Positions 26,650-32,000 of a stretch of DNA of 32,000 bases are shown in pieces; position 1 is the first letter of the stretch, and every line of letters starts with the position of its first letter. The DNA lies in contig JAKSVZ010000002.1 of the NCBI GenBank assembly GCA_024407725.1, positions 1 to 32,000 of the forward strand, given 5' to 3'. The stretch comes from Opitutales bacterium. GTDB lineage: Bacteria; Verrucomicrobiota; Verrucomicrobiia; Opitutales; UBA9783. The translations under genes and the position numbers were made by a program. Under the pieces are notes generated by a model, which saw only the letters and a list, made by a program, of their open reading frames with translations, had not been told where the DNA came from and did no database searches.

Positions 26650-27198
26650 ATGGATTACATTATTCGCACCCTACCCTCAACGGCCAACCTAAGGAAATCG
26701 TTAGGAATCTGTGTTTTCGGTAGCTTATTGCTCGCAATTTGCTCTCAAATCCAAATCCCTTTGTGGCCTGTACCCATGACCTTACAAACGGCTGCAGTTT
26801 TATTTTTGGCTTATCGCTTTGGCAGTACCCACGCCGTTCGCGCAGTATTAGCTTGGGTTCTGGTCGGAAGCTTTAATCTGCCTGTGTTTTCGCATTTAAC
26901 AGGCATAGGGGCGCTCAGCGGACCATCCGCTGGATATATCTATGGAATGGTGCTGCAAGCGTATAGTGCCCGTTGGTTTTTTAAATCGGGGTTAAGCATC
27001 CCACGCCTCATTGCTGGAGGCTATCTATGCGTAGCGCTTACTTTTATCGTTGGATATGCTTGGCTTAGCGGATTTGTTGGAACAAACATGGCTTTTACAA
27101 CCGGAGTTGCTCCGTTTTTACTGAGCGAAAGTCTCAAAATTATAGTGACTTCATGGTTTTGCAACCAGAACTCATCCCGCTGCGTCCACACCATTTAG
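26650..27198 (+). CDS. bioY: Biotin transporter S-component BioY
   Basis: 182-aa, 6-TM-like protein with a PVPMTLQTAAVLFLAYRFG segment typical of BioY. Confidence 0.78.
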   Translation: MDYIIRTLPSTANLRKSLGICVFGSLLLAICSQIQIPLWPVPMTLQTAAVLFLAYRFGSTHAVRAVLAWVLVGSFNLPVFSHLTGIGALSGPSAGYIYGMVLQAYSARWFFKSGLSIPRLIAGGYLCVALTFIVGYAWLSGFVGTNMAFTTGVAPFLLSESLKIIVTSWFCNQNSSRCVHTI

Positions 27199-27566
27199 TG
27201 TGCTTGCAGTATTTTGTCGGCAATGGATACAGCACAGGGTTTACCGCCAACACCACCCGCGTGCTTACTTACCTTAAACAACATCCAACCCTTGCGTGTA
27301 TTCAAATCGTGCAAGGAGCTGATACTCTTTGTCAATCCTGCCCGAATATGCATACGCAATGTGAAACTGCTCAGCAACATGACCAAGGTTATTTACAAGC
27401 GCTTCATTTAACCATCGGACAACAGCTATCGTTCCAAGAAGCCATTGAACGCTTCCAACGGTACGTTAACGATACGGTATTTCACACAATTTGCGGCACC
27501 TGTCCGTGGTATGATCTATGTTCTTCTTTACGTCAAAAGCGAACGCTTGATATACTCGATACGTAA
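27153..27566 (+). CDS. DUF1284-family Cys-rich protein
   Basis: LRPHHLVCLQYFVGNGYS signature plus CQSCP and CGTCPWYDLC pairs. Overlaps the end of bioY by 46 nt if the ATG at 27153 is used. Confidence 0.65.
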   Translation: MVLQPELIPLRPHHLVCLQYFVGNGYSTGFTANTTRVLTYLKQHPTLACIQIVQGADTLCQSCPNMHTQCETAQQHDQGYLQALHLTIGQQLSFQEAIERFQRYVNDTVFHTICGTCPWYDLCSSLRQKRTLDILDT

Positions 27567-27577
27567 GTAGTTACGCT

Positions 27578-28495
27578 ATGAATGCATCTCATTTTTTGTT
27601 GGTTGACGGTACCAATTTGGCGTTTCGCAGCTTCTATGGGATACAATACCTATCCAACAGCCAACAGCTGCCGGTGAATGCCATTTACGGCTTTTTCAAT
27701 TCACTTCTGACTTTAGCCCAAACGCATTCGTTTGAACGCGCGATTATTTGCTTTGATTGCGGTCATTCAAGTGCCAGAACAGAAATCTTGGATGCCTATA
27801 AGAAAAACCGCACCCCAACACCGGATGATTTCAAAAAACAACTGCCTTACATTAAGGAACTTATTCCGTTGTTTGGATGGGTGTGTTGTGAGCAAATGGG
27901 GATTGAAGCTGATGATTTAATCGCAACCTGGGCTCAATGGGCCACCCAAAATCAACAATCGGTAGCCATTGTCAGCGCGGATAAAGATCTCATGCAGTGC
28001 GTTACGAATACGGTGCATCAAATCGTTCCAAATTCCAACGGTTGGTATTCCTTAGATCCTGCGGGAGTGGTAGAAAAGGTAGGCGTTTATCCCCATCAAA
28101 TCGTTGATTATTTAGCGCTTATTGGGGATTCTGCCGATAATTACCCAGGATTGCTGGGAGTGGGGCCTAAAACAGCTGCAAAATGGCTCAACGCTTATCA
28201 ATCAATCGAGGGTATTTACACTCATTTATCCGCCATAAAACCCGAACGTTTTCAGTCGGTTTTATCCCAATCAAAAACCTTAATCGAACGAAATCAATCC
28301 TTGGCGCGCCTTTCCTGTTCCCTTGATTGGATTGACCCTAAATTCAACCCTCAACCTCAGCCTCAAGCGTTAGATGCTAAGTTAACGGAGCTTAATTTGA
28401 ACAAATTAAGGGGTAAATGCCGTCAGTTTTTCCAACAGCATCCATCGATAATCCCTGATTCTAAGCCCTTGCAACAAGGGGAGTTTGCCTTTTGA
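27578..28495 (+). CDS. Stand-alone 5'-3' exonuclease / flap endonuclease (Pol I N-terminal-domain type)
   Basis: LLVDGTNLAFRSFYG, EADDLIAT, SADKDLMQ and the H3TH segment GDSADNYPGLLGVGPKTAAKWL. 305 aa with no polymerase domain. Confidence 0.85.
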   Translation: MNASHFLLVDGTNLAFRSFYGIQYLSNSQQLPVNAIYGFFNSLLTLAQTHSFERAIICFDCGHSSARTEILDAYKKNRTPTPDDFKKQLPYIKELIPLFGWVCCEQMGIEADDLIATWAQWATQNQQSVAIVSADKDLMQCVTNTVHQIVPNSNGWYSLDPAGVVEKVGVYPHQIVDYLALIGDSADNYPGLLGVGPKTAAKWLNAYQSIEGIYTHLSAIKPERFQSVLSQSKTLIERNQSLARLSCSLDWIDPKFNPQPQPQALDAKLTELNLNKLRGKCRQFFQQHPSIIPDSKPLQQGEFAF

Positions 28496-28508
28496 GCACC
28501 CGAAAACT

Positions 28509-29165
28509 ATGAACTCCACAGACTTGCCCAATCCCAATACCGTCTTTCCTATTAAAAACCTAACTACGTTAACCTATGTAAAGCCGACCCTTAAAAATCC
28601 GAATATTAGCGTTGGGGATTTTACTTACTTCGGAGCTAGCGATTTCGAAAGCCATGTGACCCACCATTATGATTTCATCGGGGATAAGCTGATCATTGGT
28701 AAATTTTGCCAAATTGCCAAGGGGGTCAATTTCGTGATGAACGGCGCCAACCATCAAATGAATACCGTTTCTACCTATCCTTTTTACATTTTTGCCGGCT
28801 GGGGTCAAAAAGCGCCTGATAAGGCCGATATGCCCCTCAAAGGCGACACAGTGGTCGGTAACGATGTTTGGATTGGACAGGACGCAACCATTTTACCTGG
28901 AGTTCATATTGGGGATGGCGCTATTATTGGTTTAAACAGTGTCGTAGGGTCTCATGTTCCTCCTTATACTATTGTGGCGGGAAATCCTGCAAAACCTATC
29001 AGAAAACGCTTTGACGACGAATTAATTGCGCTCATGCTGCGCTTGAAATGGTGGGACAAAAGCATTGAGGAAATTCGTCGACTAATCCCCACGCTAACCA
29101 ATTGCCATTTGGATGAAGTAAAAGCTGCTATCAAACAGCTACTAGCCTCCGATTGCTCAAGATAA
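28509..29165 (+). CDS. vat: Xenobiotic acyltransferase (XAT) family, Vat-type streptogramin A acetyltransferase-like
   Basis: HHYDFIGDKLIIGKFCQIA, MNGANHQMN..TYPF, hexapeptide run GNDVWIGQDATILPGVHIGDGAIIGLNSVV, and GNPAKPIRKRF..LKWWD. I prefer the ATG at 28509 to the TTG at 28485. Confidence 0.82.
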   Translation: MNSTDLPNPNTVFPIKNLTTLTYVKPTLKNPNISVGDFTYFGASDFESHVTHHYDFIGDKLIIGKFCQIAKGVNFVMNGANHQMNTVSTYPFYIFAGWGQKAPDKADMPLKGDTVVGNDVWIGQDATILPGVHIGDGAIIGLNSVVGSHVPPYTIVAGNPAKPIRKRFDDELIALMLRLKWWDKSIEEIRRLIPTLTNCHLDEVKAAIKQLLASDCSR

Positions 29166-29170
29166 AAGCC

Positions 29171-29199
29171 TTGACACTCTAACCGTTTAGAGTTACCAT
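29171..29199 (+). promoter_or_regulatory. Candidate promoter TTGACA-N17-TACCAT (unit Y)
   Basis: Perfect -35, a 17-nt spacer and a 4/6 -10. The spacer contains the small hairpin CTCTAA-ccgt-TTAGAG just after the vat stop. Confidence 0.4.
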
Positions 29200-29207
29200 T
29201 ATTTTTG

Positions 29208-29318
29208 ATGGGTGAAACTGGTTGCGGGAAGACATTTTTGATCGGCCATATGGCTGTCCTTCAAGAAACTCGGCTGTTTTTTAGGAACCAGATGGCGTCA
29301 CTTGATAGCTTCACGTAA
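29208..29318 (+). pseudogene. 36-codon ORF with an N-terminal Walker-A motif: relic of a P-loop ATPase gene, or a leaderless micro-ORF
   Basis: Encodes MGETGCGKTFLIGHMAVLQETRLFFRNQMASLDSFT followed by TAA TAA TAG. GETGCGKT fits GxxGxGK[ST]. The ATG lies about 9 nt after the -10 box. Confidence 0.4.
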
Positions 29319-29351
29319 TAATAGACTATCAACACTTACGATCATCTCGTG
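29241..29351 (+). repeat. Paralogous unit Y core (related to 29652-29735 and, more distantly, 17621-17668)
   Basis: ATCGGC..CTTCAA..ACT...GGCGTCACTTGATAGCTTCACGTAATAATAGACTATCAACACTTACGATCATCTC aligns to unit Z. By eye, 39 of 54 positions match in the ungapped 3' block. Confidence 0.7.
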
Positions 29352-29588
29352 CACCCAAATAGTAAATGAAGGACGTTAAATAAAATATAGTTCCATCATT
29401 CATAGGTTGGCATGTTCTTTCAAGAAATATTGTACAACCTATCCCCTCCTAGAGTCAAGCCAAAAGCCAAAACTATATAATTTAAATACTAAACACTGCT
29501 TGTTAAAATGTCTTTAAAGAAATGAAAAAAGCAGCAATAAACAGCACAAAATTCCCCGAATCTGTACTGCTTTGATTCGATAAAAATC

Positions 29589-29617
29589 TTGACACAACAA
29601 AACTTTATTCCTATGAT
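29589..29617 (+). promoter_or_regulatory. Candidate promoter TTGACA-N17-TATGAT (unit Z)
   Basis: Perfect -35, a 17-nt spacer and a 5/6 -10. No ORF of 60 aa or more downstream. Confidence 0.5.
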
Positions 29618-29651
29618 TTAAGTAGGATGTAGTAAAAGTTTTTTATTACTC

Positions 29652-29735
29652 ATCGGCTGTTCTTCAATAGACTAGAGGGCGTTACCTGATAGGCTTACGT
29701 GATAATAAGCTGCTAACACTCACAATCATCTCCTC
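29652..29735 (+). repeat. Paralogous unit Z core
   Basis: ATCGGCTGTTCTTCAATAGACTAGAGGGCGTTACCTGATAGGCTTACGTGATAATAAGCTGCTAACACTCACAATCATCTC. See unit Y. Confidence 0.7.
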
Positions 29736-29899
29736 TGGCGCTCTGCAACTAAAAGCAGGATCACTAGAAGCAAGAAACGTTAGTGTTGATTCATCCATTT
29801 CGCTTCTACCAAACAGAATTTAACTCATTATTGCCTGAGCGTCAATAAAAAAGATAAGGATGTTCCTTTCCTTTTTTATCTCTTAAAATGCTTTTATCC

Positions 29900-29928
29900 T
29901 TGACCCTTGGCCAAATAAAGAATATAAT
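29900..29928 (+). promoter_or_regulatory. Candidate promoter TTGACC-N17-TATAAT pointing into the 3' end of pnp (antisense)
   Basis: 5/6 -35, a 17-nt spacer and a perfect -10. The only thing downstream is about 230 nt of spacer and then the antisense strand of pnp. Confidence 0.5.
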
Positions 29929-30160
29929 TGTTCTTAAGCGAACAAATGGCTCCAATATTCAAAATCTTTTGCACGCAAACCAAATTTTTTGATTTATCGC
30001 ATCTGCCAGCTACCATAGCAAAACATTAAAATACACGCTACAACTTAACGTTTTGACGTTAACTTTAACTTGAGCATTTTCTGGCGAAGCATGCTTGCTT
30101 ATTTTAAGCGCTTTCGCCATCGAATGTCAATTACAACGTAAAGGCTTTTGCCAATCCTTA

Positions 30161-32000
30161 TTATTTACTTGGCTGTTGTTGCATAGCTGCCTTACGGCTT
30201 AAGCGGACACGACCTTTTTCATCAATCCCAACACAGGTAACTACCATCGTATCACCAAGAGCGCATACATCGCTTGGATGATTGACTCGGCAATCAGATA
30301 ATTCGGATACATGCACCAATCCTTCCTGTCCGGGCAAGCATTCCACGAACACACCAAAATCCTTAATGGATTTAACGATGGCTTGGTAGGTTTTCCCAAC
30401 TTCGATTTTTTGATCGAGCGCTTGGATTTGCTCAACTACCTTCTTGAGCATTTCCTCATCGCAGGCATAGATTGAAACTTTTCCAGAATTATCTTCGCAG
30501 ATATCGATTTGGCAGCCGGTTGATTCCGTTAAACGTTTAATGTTCTTACCGCCAGGACCGATTAAAGCACCGATCTTGTCTGGAGAAATCATAACGGTTG
30601 CAATGCGTGGAGCAAAGGGGCTGGTAGACGTACGCGGTTGCGCCAAGGCGCCTTTCATAACTTCCAAAATACGCGCTCTTGCTTGAGTATTTTGATGAAT
30701 CGCTTCCTCCATGATTTCTAGAGGCAATCCAGCAATCTTCAAATCCAATTGAAATCCGGTAATTCCCTTGTCGGTTCCACAGATCTTAAAATCCATATCG
30801 CCGTAATGGTCTTCATCACCGATGATATCCGTTAACAGCTTATAACGCGCGATAGAGCCCGTTTGATCCATTTCGGTTACCAACCCAATGGATATACCCG
30901 ATACAGGGGCTAAAATGGGCACTCCTGCGTCCATCAACGCTAAGGTACCACCGCAAACGGATGCCATGGAGGTTGAACCGTTTGAGCTCATGATATCCGA
31001 AACCACACGAATGGCATAAGGGAAATCAGTTTCCGATGGAATAACGGGCAACAACGAACGTTCTGCTAAGGCACCATGTCCTACTTCACGGCGGCTAAGG
31101 AATCCAAAGCGTCCTGTTTCTCCTGTTGAATAAGGCGGGAAGTTGTAATGAAGGATAAACGATTTCGATTGTGCTCCTCCGGTTAATCCATCCAAATCCT
31201 GAGCATCGCTATTAGCGCCCAAGGTTACGCTCACCAAGGCTTGGGTTTGACCCCGTTCGAACACAGCAGACCCATGCACGCGCTTCGGCAAAACATCAAC
31301 CGCACAGGATAATTTACGGATTTCATCCAACGAACGGCCATCTAAGCGCTGATCTTGGTCTAAAACTGCCTTACGGCACACGTCCTCTTGCAAAGCTTCA
31401 AAAGCAATCGATACGGCTTCTTTTGCCTTTTCTTCATCGTCGAACCATTGCTCATCAATCGCCATTTTGAACGCGGACTGTTTGAGCAAGCGTACCCCTT
31501 CATCAGCCGCTGAACGATCGGCATTGAACCAAGTGTTGCGCAAGGGTTCCGTAAAACTGGCTCTGCACCATTCCATGGCTTCTGTTGTAGCTACATGAGG
31601 AACGTACGCACTTTTTACACGTCCTACTTGGCGCGCCAACGCTTCTTGGGCGTCTAAAATTGGCTGAATGGCCTGTTGAGCCTTATGTAAAGCCTCAATA
31701 AAACGTGCTTCCGGCAATTGATCCGCGCATCCTTCAATCATCAAGGCACGGTCTCGGGTACCCACATAGATTAAATCCAAATCCGAATCGAATTGCTGAT
31801 TGTTGGTTGGGTTAATAACAAACTCGCCATTGACCTGAGCAATCCGCACGCAACCAATGGGTCCGCCCCAAGGGATATCAGAACACATCAACGCCGCAGA
31901 AGCTCCATTGACCATCAAAATATCCGATTCATTCTTCAAATCGGTCGATAAGAGCAAACCAATAATTTGCACTTCATTTAAAAAGTCACTTGGAAATAAA
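30161..32000 (-). CDS. pnp: Polynucleotide phosphorylase, N-terminus beyond the window edge
   Basis: RNase PH core motifs (FPPYSTGE, GHGALAERSL), KH (PDKIGALIGPGGKNIKRL) and S1 (GKTYQAIVKSIKDFGVFVECLPGQEGLVHVSEL). The frame stays open past the track start at 31972 to base 32000 (..LFPSDFLNEVQIIG..). Confidence 0.93.
   Translation of the reverse strand, partial: LFPSDFLNEVQIIGLLLSTDLKNESDILMVNGASAALMCSDIPWGGPIGCVRIAQVNGEFVINPTNNQQFDSDLDLIYVGTRDRALMIEGCADQLPEARFIEALHKAQQAIQPILDAQEALARQVGRVKSAYVPHVATTEAMEWCRASFTEPLRNTWFNADRSAADEGVRLLKQSAFKMAIDEQWFDDEEKAKEAVSIAFEALQEDVCRKAVLDQDQRLDGRSLDEIRKLSCAVDVLPKRVHGSAVFERGQTQALVSVTLGANSDAQDLDGLTGGAQSKSFILHYNFPPYSTGETGRFGFLSRREVGHGALAERSLLPVIPSETDFPYAIRVVSDIMSSNGSTSMASVCGGTLALMDAGVPILAPVSGISIGLVTEMDQTGSIARYKLLTDIIGDEDHYGDMDFKICGTDKGITGFQLDLKIAGLPLEIMEEAIHQNTQARARILEVMKGALAQPRTSTSPFAPRIATVMISPDKIGALIGPGGKNIKRLTESTGCQIDICEDNSGKVSIYACDEEMLKKVVEQIQALDQKIEVGKTYQAIVKSIKDFGVFVECLPGQEGLVHVSELSDCRVNHPSDVCALGDTMVVTCVGIDEKGRVRLSRKAAMQQQPSK

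Noticed and set aside
27153-27198. The 46-nt overlap between bioY and the DUF1284 gene, considered as a possible frameshift or fusion.
   Set aside because: The two reading frames each give complete family-typical proteins. The overlap depends only on which start codon is chosen for DUF1284, and nothing suggests programmed frameshifting.
31970-31972. The GTG start of pnp listed by the ORF track.
   Set aside because: The frame stays open to base 32000, and the upstream residues (LFPSDFLNEVQ) match the conserved PNPase core. The gene is truncated by the window, not started here.

Overview
Chromosomal segment of a moderately AT-rich bacterium; I cannot fix the taxon from sequence alone. All alignments, motif matches and counts below were made by eye and need computational confirmation. 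Most of the window is ordinary housekeeping: TPR-like protein, FAD oxidoreductase, UDP-glucose dehydrogenase, outer-membrane barrel, tRNA-Ser(GGA), membrane pyrophosphatase, FkbM methyltransferase, topoisomerase III, alanine dehydrogenase, two M16 peptidases, thioredoxin, SIS isomerase, IF-1, BioY, DUF1284, a stand-alone 5'-3' exonuclease, a Vat-type acetyltransferase, and PNPase cut by the window edge. Three things stand out. (1) A tandem trio of divergent radical-SAM/SPASM-like paralogues (11843-15406) has no recognisable substrate or partner gene. It was built by a ~1.43-kb tandem duplication whose microhomology junction, pseudogene relic and truncated 44-codon ORF are still readable. A 209-bp block covering the bidirectional promoter is kept 100% identical while the flanks have diverged. 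(2) Two ~1-kb gene-free spacers lie between convergent genes (16866-17827 and 29166-30160). They carry near-consensus plus-strand promoters with 17-nt spacers, a three-member family of related sequence units, a Walker-A micro-ORF and a recurring (A/G)TTCATAGG motif, with its CATAGGT core forming an inverted repeat around a -10 box. These are candidate sRNA or regulatory loci, or gene relics. (3) Smaller oddities: an IF-1 with a 37-aa tail, a 16-bp hairpin that includes the tRNA 5' end, and an animal/plant-type UGDH. I saw no CRISPR array, rRNA, transposase or integrase.
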